Translations under genes and position numbers: made by a program
The notes under the pieces: model-generated
Database searches by the model: none
Seen by the model: only the letters and a program-made list of their open reading frames with translations
What the model was told of the DNA's origin: nothing
DNA from: Lama guanicoe
Taxonomy: Eukaryota
NCBI GenBank assembly: GCA_013239625.1
Contig: MU057356.1
Span: 33,171,707 to 33,235,706 of the forward strand
Direction: 5' to 3'
DNA: 64,000 nt
In this document: piece after piece, positions 40,856-52,786 of the stretch
Numbering within the stretch: position 1 is the first letter of the stretch
Layout of the letters: each line of letters begins with the position of its first letter

Positions 40856-41262
40856 CCTTTCCTGGAAATCGTCCCTTCCTCAAAGTAGTTGGAATAATCC
40901 TCCTACTCATTAGCACGTGAGATTACCAAGCCCATAAAACCTAACAACCCCGCACCTTGTGGTCACTCTCGCTGTCACTCTCGCTTGGCCTCTTGCCTCT
41001 GAGACGCCTGCTCTCTGTCTATGGAGTGTGAATTTACTTTTGCTTTAAACACCCCACACCTCTCGGCTTCTCTCCCTCTTACCTTTCTGAGATGGCTCAC
41101 ATTCTACCTATGGAGTGTGTATCTCCTAAGCCGTTTTCCCTTCTGAGAGAGACAGACCGCACTCCACAGAATGTGTCTCTCTAAATAAACTTGCTTTCAA
41201 TTTACAATGCCTTGCTGTTGAATTCTTTCCTGCATGAGGCAAGAACCTATTCTCCCCTGACA
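40856..41262 (+). mobile_element. ERV1-type LTR, 5' part missing
   Basis: cataaaa TATA-like at about 40933, aataaa at 41184-41189, gaattctttcctgcatgaggcaagaacc U5 motif, terminal ...tgaca at 41262. Confidence 0.7.
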
Positions 41263-41597
41263 ATACGATAGAGAACCAGGAGAAGTTAACGCAGGAGGAA
41301 GGATTTTAAGTCAGCCTGAAAATGGTGACTCGAGGTGTCAAAAGTATACTGTGGTGGAGATCTCCGGCAAGCAGCTGAATGTATTAATGAGGCTCTGAGG
41401 AAGTTTTGGACTAGCCTTATGAATTTGGAAATGGAATATAAATGACAGCCAAAAATATTACGATAAATGAAGCTAACTAAAGCCAGTGTGAAGCAAAAGA
41501 ACAAAAGGCAAAAGAACCAAGACCCAACTTGGACAAGTCGATGAGGAAAGAAGAGCCCACCCAGGACACAGAGATGGAATAAACAAAGATAAAGGAG

Positions 41598-41750
41598 GGG
41601 GGAGGGTATAGCTCAGGGGTAGAGTGCATGCCTAGCATGCACAAGGTCCTGGGTTCAATCCCCAGTACTTCCATTAAAATAAATAAATAAACCTAATTAC
41701 CTCCCTCCAAAATAAAAAAATAAATAAAACATAAATACTTTTTTTTTTTT
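41598..41750 (+). mobile_element. Camelid tRNA-derived SINE (vic-1-like), long form
   Basis: ggggagggtatagctcaggggtagagtgcatgcctagcatgcacaaggtcctgggttcaatccccagtacttcca..aaacctaattacctcc. Flanking aaaggag at 41591-41597 and 41754-41760. Confidence 0.92.
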
Positions 41751-43639
41751 AAGAAAGGAGACTGGAAGAACAGGGCATTTAAATCCAGCTTTCATGGTGG
41801 AGAAGGAGTAATCCATGGTGCCAAGTTCAGGAGAAAGGTCCAAATTCGCAAGCAATTTATTAGTGACTTTTGAGAGAGCAAGCAGTTTGCTGATTAGAAT
41901 GTGTTGAAAGATGAAAGAGAAATGGAGACACAGCAATTAAACACCAGCAAATTGAGAAAATGAATAGATATAGAGAGGAGGCCACAAATAATTAACAGAA
42001 ATGCGACATTTAAGTCCAGGGGATATTTTTTATATAAAATGTTAAATACGTACTTCTATCACAGGAAAGGGGACTAGTGGAGAAAAGATACCAGAGAGGG
42101 AAACTGACCAACAGTAAAGCAAGAAGGGAAGTAACTGATGGGACGATGTCTTGAGGATGACAATGTGGAAGGGCCAGCAACACACAGGAAGCACACACTC
42201 TCTGGAGACTAGGAGAACTAGATTGAAAGTTATTAAGGAAATTGTCTTTGGCAATTCCAGTCTAGAGCGGGAGGGATCCCACAATAGTTTTCCCTTACCG
42301 TGTGTCCAGTCTACCCTTCTCCTAGAAATGCTACTTCTGGGGAAGTTTTGCTTTGAGGAACTACTCTTTCCTATGTCTTGGTCTTTATGGTTCGGGTACA
42401 GCTGAAACCATCCCCCCACCACCCCGCTGGACAGCAGCCAGTCTCCTGGAGAGCACACTCCGTTTACCTAGCCAAAACCAATAACTCAGGGAAGGCACGT
42501 GAACCACATAACGGAAGGATTTCTGCCATGAAGACCAAGCTGCCATGAGCCACTACAACTCAAGACTAGAACTGCTGAGGCCCATCTCACTCCCACAGGC
42601 GAGATGTGCATAAGACCAATGCAGGAACCAGACAGGTTGACCATGTAATTCATCATCTAAACACTTCTGTGCAGAACAAATGCTAAAACAGGTGCCAGGA
42701 AAACAGTATGAATGTGGACAATCACAGACAAAACAGAACCCACAGTCACCTGATCAAGAGATGAAGACAGGCGGAATCTTCATATCATTAAAGGCAGAAT
42801 CGTTATATTATATATGAGCATGTAGAGCCACACTTTTAGGTTATAAAGCTGACAAATTCCCCATTTTGCTAAATCCAACTCGAGTATGGTTTCCCTCCCT
42901 TCAAGTCTAGTTGACCTGCATAGAGATGTTATGTGCAAAAAGAAAAAAGAATTGCCATCCAGAGTCATCTCAGGTAAAGAAATAGTGCTCAAAAGGCTGG
43001 GAACTTGAGAAAAGGAAACCACTGAATTCACAGGCATCCTGTGGGAATGTCAACTTGGGGGTTTCTGATCATTAAATATGTTAACATCACACTATGCTTT
43101 TAATGCTTAGAAGGGATATGCATGACATATAATCATGACAAATTTTAATAAAGCAGATTTTCCTGGAGTGGTATCTACCAAACCAGTCAGGTTATTAATA
43201 AAATTTTCAATCCATTTCCTCTAGGTTAAGACAGCCAAGACGAGGATAACACAGGGATCAAAGTGATCTGAGGCAGGGCTCACCCTTATTGATCCCCACA
43301 GCTGAGACAGCTTCTATTAATGATGTCAGTGAGCGAGTGTACGAAGCACGGAAAGAACACTAGCAACTACCTTCACCACTTTGCTTAAGTCATTAAATTA
43401 TTAAAGCTCCATTTCTTGGTCTTTCCCATCGCAGCAGGTTACACAACGCTTCCTGGGATTGCTGTAAGAATGGACAGGATTGTTTTTCTCAATAACTTCA
43501 GGCTTTGGGAAAGTCAATTATTATTTATATTGTAATTCATCTCTCCTTTGCATCATGACGTTAGGTTATAGCTATGAGGTACCTGTACTTCAGTGTGACC
43601 TCAACAGTCCTGAGCAGCCAGCAATGTGAACGCAAGTAA

Positions 43640-43770
43640 AGGAACACAAGTGAAAAAAGGCCAGGAGACAGTCGCTGGTTTTAGGAGGAGATTTTATACG
43701 AAGAGCTGAGTAACCCTGGACAGGTCAAATCAACTTTATGGGCCTCAGTTTCCCCTGTCTAAAATGGGTG
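43640..43770 (+). mobile_element. MIR core
   Basis: ctgagtaaccctggacaggtca..gggcctcagtttcccctgtctaaaatggg. Confidence 0.6.
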
Positions 43771-44780
43771 TTTTGTGAAGTATATAAAATGGCACTGCTG
43801 AAGGGAAATGGATTTTGTGTGCAGATACTTGAGAGAACAGTTTCAGTCTAATTGTGGGGAGGGTGGGGAGAGACTTGCTGTAAGGTATTAGGAGTTAAGT
43901 AGTAAATATTTAAGTCAACATGGAGTTACACAGTCAGTGTCCCTTTTGAAGGTTAGAAGTGAAAGAAAAATTGAGTAATAGCTACAGGAAAAAGCAGAGG
44001 CAGGAGAGGGCTTTTATGAGGTAAGGAGATGTCTTTCTCTTATTCAAATGTCCTTGAGGGCTTCTCAGGGCCTTCTGTATCCTTGCATGCAGTTTTCTCT
44101 ACCATCTGGTACCAGTGTATTAGCCAACCTCATCGACACTGTCTCCAGCTTTAATCTTCAACTTCAAAAAAAATCACATCTTACTGCCACTGAACTTGTC
44201 ACTCCCATAACTGACTCCAGATATTTTTTATGCCATTTTCTCCATCTGGAATGCCTTTTCATCCTGACTCCTTGGCTTTGGATAAATTCTAGCCTTTCTT
44301 TAGGATCCTCTATAATTTATGTCTTGTATTACACGATTTCTGGTACAGTTCACAGTAAGCACTCAGTCAGTGTTAGGTGTGATGAGGATGTTGATGGCAA
44401 TTCCAAATATCTCAACTAATTTAGCCCACAATAGTGTGAATGTGTGTATATGTGTACACACATATATATAATTTTTATTATTTATAAAATGGCTAGACTA
44501 TGTTTCATTATGTCATACTTTGTCCTGACTGTGCCAGAAAAACATTCTAACTTGTTAGATATCAGAGATAGTGTCACATGCCTTTTTTGTATCCCTTAAC
44601 TTTCTAGCTTACTACATAATATAGACCACCAATAAATACTGATTTAAAAATGAATTTAGCTTCAAATTATTGTTTAGCTTCCATTATGCAGATGAGCTCT
44701 CCATCCCCAAAAGTTGGCTGTTCCTAATCTTTTGTGACTTTTTCTATTTGCTCCTGCTTTCCAAGGTCATTCAAAGGTTG

Positions 44781-44943
44781 TCTATTTCATTGAATCTCAG
44801 ACACTATTGACTTTAAGAGGCACTGTCATGCCATGCACTACTATACTGTCAGTTATACCATAACACGCTACCACTTACAGCATCCCCATTTCAAGGATGT
44901 TTGAAAAAAATGAAAATACGCCTCTTAGAATTGATGCAATATG
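44781..44943. mobile_element. MER104-like Tc2/mariner MITE
   Basis: Inverted termini tatttcattgaatct ... tcttagaattgatgcaata; internal gcatccccatttcaaggatgtt. Confidence 0.65.
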
Positions 44944-45633
44944 ACAGTTAACCTAGGGAACACTGTTATAGAACACTGAGAATTTGTTAGCTGTCATTTA
45001 TTGTAAAAGGCTTCACAGGGGTCTTCCCTAAATAAAACATATTTCTGGAGACAATTATTTCAAAGGCCTTTAACTTTCAATTTCTTAAAGTTTTATCAAG
45101 ACAATCTGATTGAAAATTAGAAATCTGTCCTAATATGGAAAAATTCTGAGTTTGCTTTCCTTGTTGAAGACACCTGCTAAACTTCTGCATCATTCATCCA
45201 TAACTAAAGTTTATATACTTTGTCATACATATGAAATTTAAAATTCACACACTAGTTACATATCACCTACTAGCTATCTATCACACTAGTTACATATTAC
45301 AGTAAGAATGCTAGACATGTACTGCATCCACAGAGGAGCATACATGGCATGAAACTAATGGAGAAGTATCTTGAGATCTGGAATTACTGTTGATGATGTC
45401 AAGAGAGTGACAGCATCTCCTATAGGTGACAAACCTAAGGTGAATGCCAGCTCATACCCATAAGAATTCTAAGGCAAGTGAGACTGACAACTGTAAGCCT
45501 TACTTCTCTGTAAGAAATGATATTTTGATAAATTATGAGGCATATGAACAGTGGAAGTCTTAAGTCCAACTCTGACTAAACTTACTGAACTCTTCCTGAA
45601 TTTATCAGCCAGACATTAAAAGCACCCATATGG

Positions 45634-46432
45634 AAGCTTCCTACACTGTTGGTAGGAATGTAGTTTAGTGCAGCCATTAGGAAGACAGTATGGAAATTCC
45701 TCAAACAACTAAAAACAGACTTGCCATATGATCCAGCAATCCCACTCCTGGGCATATATCTGGAGGGAACTCTAATTCGAAAAGATGCATGTATCCCAAT
45801 GTTCNNNNNNNNNNNNNNNNNNNNNNNNNNNNNNNNNNNNNNNNNNNNNNNNNNNNNNNNNNNNNNNNNNNNNNNNNNNNNNNNNNNNNNNNNNNNNNNN
45901 NNNNNNNNNNNNNNNNNNNNNNNNNNNNNNNNNNNNNNNNNNNNNNNNNNNNNNNNNNNNNNNNNNNNNNNNNNNNNNNTGAAATAAGCCGGGGGGGTGG
46001 GGTAGAATATGACACCACTCACATGTGGAATCTGAAAAAAAGACACAAATGAATTTAGTTACACAACAGAAACAGACTCACAGAGAGCACAAACTTATGG
46101 TTACCAGAGAGGAAAGGCAGTGGGAAGGGATAAATTGGGAATTTGAGATTTTCAGATACTAACTACTACATATAAAATAAACAATAAGTTTCTTCTATAT
46201 AGCACAGGGAATTATATTCAATATCTTGTAGTAATCTATAATGAAAAAGAATATGAGAAGGAATATATGTATGTAAATGTTTGAATGAAACATTATGTTG
46301 TAATCAGAAATTGACACAACATTGTAAACTCACTATACTTCAATTTTTTTTTAGAAAGCACCCATAAACTGACTATACTTCAATTTTAAAAAAAAATCTT
46401 TTCAACTCTGACATTACTTTAAAAAAAAAAAA
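45634..46432 (+). mobile_element. Young camelid L1: ORF2 C-terminal remnant plus 3'UTR, spanning an assembly gap
   Basis: cctacactgttggtaggaatgta, ttgccatatgatccagcaatcccactcctgggcatatatc (LPYDPAIPLLGIY, L1 ORF2 C-terminus), 3'UTR and polyA. TSD aaaagcaccc(a/t)tatgg at 45618-45633 and 46433-46448. Confidence 0.93.
45805..45979. other. Assembly gap (175 N)
   Basis: Run of N. Confidence 0.99.
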
Positions 46433-47079
46433 AAAAGCACCCTTATGGCCTGATGATTACCTGCCACCCAGAAAAGCAATTGCACCAAGAGAATGGGTTT
46501 ATCTGATTGGATGACCTGATTTCTTTTAGGGCTAACAACTCTTTCAACTGCTTGACAAGGCTTTAGTCCATCTGTTGGAGGTTTTCCTATCAACTACATA
46601 GCAGGCTAATTCTCAAAAGCTTAGTACAGACCAGGCAATCATTACAGAGCCTTTGTAACTTTGAAACACAGAATTTATTCCTGAACTATGCTTTTATATT
46701 AATTTTCTTTTTCAATACATAGTATTTTTACTTTCCTGAATGATTTAACCCCTTAAATTAGATCAGGTCTTTCCTAAGCAATAAAGTTGTAAAACATAAG
46801 TAACTACTTGCTATAAAGATTCCTTGTGTCTAGTGGGACTTTTGACATTTCCATGAGAGTTTAAATAAATACCATTTGACTAAGGACATGACTTTATGTT
46901 TACCAGATGTAATTTTGTCTGTGTTAGTGCTGAGAGGTCAACCAAAATTTTATTCTGTATGATCAGCTACAGTAGAGCTCTAAGAATATTGGTATTCCTA
47001 CATTTCTGACCAACTATTTTGAGTGCTAGCTTGAATTATTAAAGACAATGTAGACATATTACAAAAAGTCTGAATCCCA

Positions 47080-47274
47080 TAGGGATGAGCCAACCATGAC
47101 CTGCAGACCAGATCAGGCAGCTGCCCTTTTTTGTACAGGCTGCTAAGAATGGTTTTTGCATGTTGAAATATTTTAAATGGTCATATAAGTACACCTACAC
47201 GATATCCTTGATTTGCCTCTTGACCCAGAAAAACTAAAATGTTACCTGTCTGGTTCTTGACAAAAAGCTTCCTG
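47080..47274. mobile_element. MER58/Charlie-type hAT MITE
   Basis: aggg..ccatgacctgcagaccagatc..ttttgtacag..gctaagaatggttttt..gatatccttgatttgcctcttg..ctaaaat..cctg. Confidence 0.65.
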
Positions 47275-48218
47275 CTCTAGAACATCACTAAGTACATGCC
47301 TTCTCACTGGGGAAGTTCTGTGCTTCCTCTGCACAGATGCCCTAGACCCCAATATACATCAGTATATTTTATATATCGTGGCTTTCAAATTCCCAAAGAT
47401 TCAGTCACACAGCTGTGTTACTCCGCAGGACTAGATTCTGCAGGGGGTCTGTATAAGGCAGTCATCTGAACAATTAACTTCTGTGAACCCTTCTTTCTAC
47501 AGTTTATGAATGTAGAAGTAGAGATAGAAGATAGATGAGTAGCTGGACAAGCAGCTCCCACCAAGCACAGTTATCAGAACCACACTCTGTTGCTCTTTCC
47601 CTGTATCTTACCAGCCATGAGCTTTTAGGCACATACTCAGGTACTATCCTCATGTTTCTATCCAGCCCAGAATCTCACACCCCTCCCCCAGGACAAATTT
47701 TGTTTGTTTTTATCTAGTTCCTATGGAGCAAATGCTTTTTATTTTGTGAACTCTGGTTTGCTTCCTTAATGGATGTGCTTTCACAAGGGTGCGGCTTAAG
47801 TCTTCAGTTGTTCAGCTACTATGACTGAGTGCTATGATTGAAACAGAACAACCACCTAGGATGTGAAAGCTACAATTGTGCCTGATGCCTGTACAGTTCT
47901 TGAAAACTGCACAGCTTCCTAATGATCTTTAGCTGGGGGCAACTTTCCAAAAGCTGTATCTAAGAGTTCACAGAACCAAGTTCGGGGCTCTACACTGATG
48001 CCAAGCAGAAGGTTGAGAACAGAACCAGGTCAGATAACTGCAATTTTAGATAACCAAAATTTTCTAACATGTAGATCCTAATAGTTCACAGTAGTAAAAG
48101 GACACAGTGTTTTAATTCAAATATAAAAATACTTTAATAAATTTTATAATTTACAAATGAAGCCTGAAACGTAGGTACTAGAAAAATCCACTAAGCCTAT
48201 TTTCTATGTGTAAAATAC

Positions 48219-48570
48219 AATATGATATCACTTAAATGTGGAATCTAAAAAAAAGACACTTATTTACAAAACAGAAACAAACTCAGACATAGAAAACAAA
48301 TTTATGGTTATGGGTGGGGTGAACAGGTGGGAAGGGATAAACTGGGAGTTCGAGATTTGCAAATACTAACTAATATATAAAATAGATAAACAAGTTCATA
48401 CCGTATAGCACTGGGAACTATATTCAATATCTTATGGTAACTAATGGTGAAAGAGAATATGAACACAAATATATGTATGTTCACATATGACTGAAGCATT
48501 ATGCTGTACACCAGAAATAGACACAAAAACTGACTATACTTTAACACAAATGTATATTTTTTTAAAAAGA
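48219..48570 (+). mobile_element. Camelid L1 3' end
   Basis: atatgatatcacttaaatgtggaatctaaaa, ggaagggataaactgggagttcgagatttgca, gtatagcactgggaactatattcaatatc, ctgaagcattatgctgtacaccagaaat. Confidence 0.9.
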
Positions 48571-49629
48571 TGACCTTCAAAAAAAATAGAATTTATTAAC
48601 TCTGACTAAAATGCAACATCACTTAAACACTGGCATCTGTGAGGAAACCTGAACTTTACCCACATAAACTAGTAGAGATTAGGTACCAAGTACAAAAAAA
48701 TAAAACAGGATTTAAATTTCTAAAAGAAGTTTAATATGACAATCAGCTGAAAGGTTACCGATCACATCACTATATGCTCATTTATTCAACCAATTTCAGT
48801 ACATGTGTAACTGGTAATAGCAGACTTTTCCAAGTGCTTTTGTACACTTACATGTTTTTTATGACTCAGGTCTATAAAACAGCACGAGGAGAAAATTATC
48901 CAGGAGACAAGTTGTTCACCCGGGCAAGTAAGCTGTAAGGGACTTTGTCAAACTTTAACCACTGTTTCCTACTGAATTGCCAATGACACCTGGTGCCTCA
49001 CATTCGATATTATATTTCATAGAAGGTGTCCCTGCCTTTTGATAAGTGAAAAAGTGGTCATTAACCACAAAGAAACAATCAACTTGCCAGCAGAGTGGTA
49101 CTCTGAATCTTAACAGAGGAGAATTAAAATAAACACTCAAGTGGAAAATATCACAAGATAGAAGAGTGCCACCTTCTGTTCCCCATAGGAGTGCTGAATC
49201 ATTTATCAAAGGATAAAAGGAGAGAAAGAAAAAAAACACGGAGATTTGAGCACTAGCAGAGATCCTACTAGAGTTAATTAACACATTAAAAGAAAAGAAA
49301 AACTTCTGCTTTAAAAAAAGCATCTCAAAATTCTTCATTTGTATTCAAAGATGACAACTGTCTTTCTTATAGAAGTAATATGATCCCATTAACCCTATTT
49401 TTCTGTAAATAAAAGAGCAATACTTTTCTTTCCAGATCAGACAGTTTGAGACTGCATGATAACAATCTTTGCAAGACCACTACATCATAAGCAAAGTTCT
49501 TCTTCATTAAGGGTACCTGTTTACTTCTGTGTATTTCTAATTAAAAAACATCCACTCCTACAAACAACAGAGAGGCACCACACTTTCTGGAAATTCAAGC
49601 TAATTCTTCAGTTAACTACTGATACTTAC

Positions 49630-49665
49630 GATGAGGCAGTTGAATTTGCCGTTGTCGCATATAAC
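49630..49665 (-). CDS. Candidate internal 36-nt exon of an unidentified large minus-strand gene
   Basis: Minus strand reads ggttttccctttttag|GTTATATGCGACAACGGCAAATTCAACTGCCTCATC|gtaagt: strong polypyrimidine/AG acceptor and consensus donor. Length is a multiple of 3 and all three frames are open (VICDNGKFNCLI / LYATTANSTAS / YMRQRQIQLPH). CpGs are retained and the flanks are repeat-poor. Frame and gene not determined; it could be a UTR exon. Confidence 0.55.
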
Positions 49666-50759
49666 CTAAAAAGGGAAAACCATTTTACACCGATTTTAAT
49701 GATCCAGTGAAAAACATTCACTGTACGGAAAAACATTCTTTCAAAATATGGCTTTCTTAAACTGTAATTATCAAGGTGATAACCGGGGTTTAAAAAGAGC
49801 TTTACAAATAATTAGGTTTTTCTTTTCAAAATAAGACGTTCAATTTATGATGCATGTGACATAACTGCATTTAGCTACAAGAGTCATGTGTTTGTATCAT
49901 TTGCATTTATTATTGATACTCTCCCTTTGACTGTGTTCCTGAGTAGTAGCACAATCAACAAGTTTGCACACATTTTTTGTTAATATTGCTCTATTTGAGT
50001 CTGTACTCAGATGTCGTCACTATCCATGGCCAGAATAGCCACCGGCCACTGTATGCTCAGCTCTGTTGAGGGACAGTGATCACAGTAACCAAGAACTACC
50101 TCTTTACTGAAAGCAGAGGATACTGAAATGCACAGTACGGAAAAGATAGTAAAAACAAAGTATTCAATGTTTTATTTGTCGTTGCCGAATGTGTATTTCT
50201 TCAAGGACAAAGGATGATTCCAGGTATTATTTCCCAAAGAACATTAAGGAAAAAGATACTGGAGAAATAGAAAATACTGCAAATTCAAAGACCAGCATTA
50301 AGTCCTTTGCGGTTTCCTTGCCTCCAGTAGATACAGCTACTCCGTTTTCTCTGCGTAACAGAACCCCCACAGCCAACAAACTAGCTCTCTCTTAACCTAA
50401 TTCTAACTCAAGGTTTTACAAAACTTGACATCAACGTAAAACCAAACTGACAGTCTTGGGATTATCAACAGCAAGAACCAGAGAATTCACGTGTATCGAA
50501 ATGTATTTACCGTAATGTATTTCTGGTTTTAACATAGGGTTTACCTCCCCACCCACCTCCCCAACCCTGCCCAACCTATGAAACCGAAAGTAAAAAACAT
50601 TACAAAGAAAATTTAAGATAGACAATTAAGAAATGTCAACAGCAAAAAGAAGTAAACAGAATTTTTAGAAGCTACAAGGCTGATGGACATGAACAAATCC
50701 GAAATGCCCAATAGAAAAAACTGTGGTCTAAACAAGCTCACATACCCTCACAGTAACAA

Positions 50760-51160
50760 AATGGCCAAAATGTACTGCAGCTGTTCATAGCATGGATAAA
50801 TCTAATGGTCGTAATATTCAGCAAAGAAGACAGTCCCAAATGATTATGTATAATCTATTTCCATTGACATCAAGCTCAAGAGGAGGCAAAGCTGAAATCT
50901 GTTACTTAGAGAAGCATTCATAAGGAGTGAAAACACAAAAGCAATAAAGTGATTATCAAAAACAGCAGACAAGTGGTTAACTTTAAAGGAGAAGGTAGTA
51001 ACATCTCTGAGGAATATTCAGGAACTTCTTTGGAGCCAGCATTGTGCTATTTATTGACACAACTGTGGTTAAACTACTGTCATTTTAAAATTGTTACACA
51101 ACACATGAATTCTTTATATACTTTACTGTAGATGTTCTTTATCATTATTTAAAGGCTAAA
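50760..51160 (+). mobile_element. Old L1 (L1ME-like) 3' fragment
   Basis: catggataaatct..taatattcagcaaagaagacagtcccaaa..atttccatt..aggcaaagct..gtggttaactt motifs. Confidence 0.55.
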
Positions 51161-51599
51161 AGCAAACGTATACAGGTGACAACAAATGCAACAAACCAGA
51201 GCAAGCTCAGGCAACACATTCAAAATTATAGGGAAAAAAACATACCTTTTCCCAGTACAGATTTCTATACCCAGGCAAATATCCATCAAACATGAGGGTA
51301 GCACAAAGACATTTCACACACTCCAGGTCTGAAAAACGAGACTCCCCACTTACTCTTTTTCCAAAAGCTACTGGTATTTCAAAAGCAAAGCAAACAAAAA
51401 CTAAGGCAGTTACTACAGGGAAAATCAGCATTTGACCACGACATTATACGTTTCACCTGTGAAAGATATGAAAAGGCCCTGAAAACGTAAAAACTGAACT
51501 TAAACATAACCAATATTGTGACACATATCCCAAGTGGAAAAACTGAGGAGACATGATTAAATCTTCACCTCTGATACCATAAAATTCACTGCTAATAAC

Positions 51600-52075
51600 T
51601 ACTTTAATTTCCTATCACTGGTAAAACAAAGTATCACAACTTTAGCAGCTTACATCAAGATAAACTTAGTAACTTACAGTTCTGGAGGTCAGAAGTCCAA
51701 AACGGATCTCACTGGGCCAAAACCAAGGTGTGCAGCAGGTCTGTGGTCTCTCCTGGAGATTCTAGGGAAAAATTTGTTTTCTTACTTTTTCAGGCTTCTA
51801 GACGCTGCCCCGCTCCTGCAGCTTCAAAGCAAGCAGTGACCAGAAAGCCCTTCCCACAATGCATCACACTAACACGGGCTCTTCAGCCTGCTCTTCTGTA
51901 TTTAAAGGGACCAGTGATTACAGTGACCCCACCTGCATAACCCAGGCTGGTTTTATTTTAAGGCCAGATGATTAGCACCTGCAACTCGATTTGCTTCTTG
52001 CTACTAACAACATATTCAAAGTGTCTGGGGATTAGGATGGGGACATATTGGGGGATCACTATTCTGCCTATCGCA
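51600..52075 (-). mobile_element. MaLR solo LTR, MLT1D-like
   Basis: acagttctggaggtcagaagtccaaaa..tctcactgggccaaaaccaaggtg..ctagggaaaa..cttcaaagcaagca..ggggattaggatggggacat..attctgccta. Confidence 0.85.
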
Positions 52076-52335
52076 ATACATAAAACTGAAAATCAAGAAT
52101 CTTATTGTGAAGTATAGAGGTAAATGCCAAAGGAACTAACTGGAGATACTGAAAATGGTTGCATCTACAGAGGAAAACTGGAGAGTGGAGAAGGATGGAG
52201 CAAGTGATTACTGCATTTCATCATTAGACTTGTAAAATGACTTGACTTTATAAGTGATATATAGGAAATACTTCCCTAAAATAAAAAAAAAAAGAAATTT
52301 TTACAGTCTGTTTCTCTTTCCTTCTAAGTACCTGT

Positions 52336-52775
52336 CGGCAGCCTTAAGTGAATAGGCCATGGGGCCCAGGTCAAAGTTCACAATAGCTTGCACCTGGTAA
52401 GGGGTAAAAATGTACGCATGCGCTGGTAGCGTGAGAACGCATTATGAACAATAGGCATGCGCCAGCTGCATGAGTCAGCATTATGAACACTACGCATGTG
52501 CCACTAGCATTATAAAAGGACAAGTGCATACACCTGAGCACTGCCTGCCGCCCGCACCATCTTGTTCTACTGGAATAAGGTGCCGTTTCATTCCTTGTCA
52601 GTCCCTCGCACAGTTTTCCAGTTGGGCAGCTCTCCTCCTCGAACCCCTCTCCAGCCCCCCTCCGCTGACAGTACCCATCAGAGGCATCCACAAGATAGGT
52701 TTCTGAAGCCATTATCACAAACGAGAGTTTGAACGTGAAGCCTCTGATTTGCAAGACGTATATTTTCATTGACAG
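52336..52775 (+). mobile_element. Probable hAT-Tip100 DNA-transposon end (FordPrefect-like)
   Basis: agtgaataggcc..gggcccaggtcaaagtt start, repeated acgcatgcgcc units and ctggaataaggtgcc resemble my recollection of the FordPrefect consensus. Locally CpG-rich. Family assignment unverified. Confidence 0.55.
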
Positions 52776-52786
52776 AAAAAAAGCTC

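Larger units (their letters stand above)
40590..42100 (-). mobile_element. Antisense L2, interrupted by an ERV LTR and a camelid SINE
   Basis: aggcaatagggag, ggtttcagagtagg, ggaagatggatt, gaggaaagaagagcc, attagtgacttttgagagagcaa purine-rich antisense L2 motifs. Confidence 0.6.

Noticed and set aside
41601-41673. tRNA-Ala-like sequence (also at 14246-14317 and 11863-11935)
   Set aside because: Followed by SINE body and A-rich tail, with TSDs on two copies and mismatched stems; these are SINE heads, not tRNA genes.
42250-42680. Possible LTR16/LTR33-like relic
   Set aside because: Similarity too weak to set a family or boundaries by eye.
45582-46052. ORFs of 65-154 aa across the first N gap
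   Set aside because: Their length comes from translated Ns; the only real protein signal is a short L1 ORF2 remnant.
52413-52502. Regularly spaced repeats resembling a CRISPR array
   Set aside because: Mammalian context, the intervening sequences are themselves similar, there are only three units and no cas genes; it is a tandem subterminal repeat.
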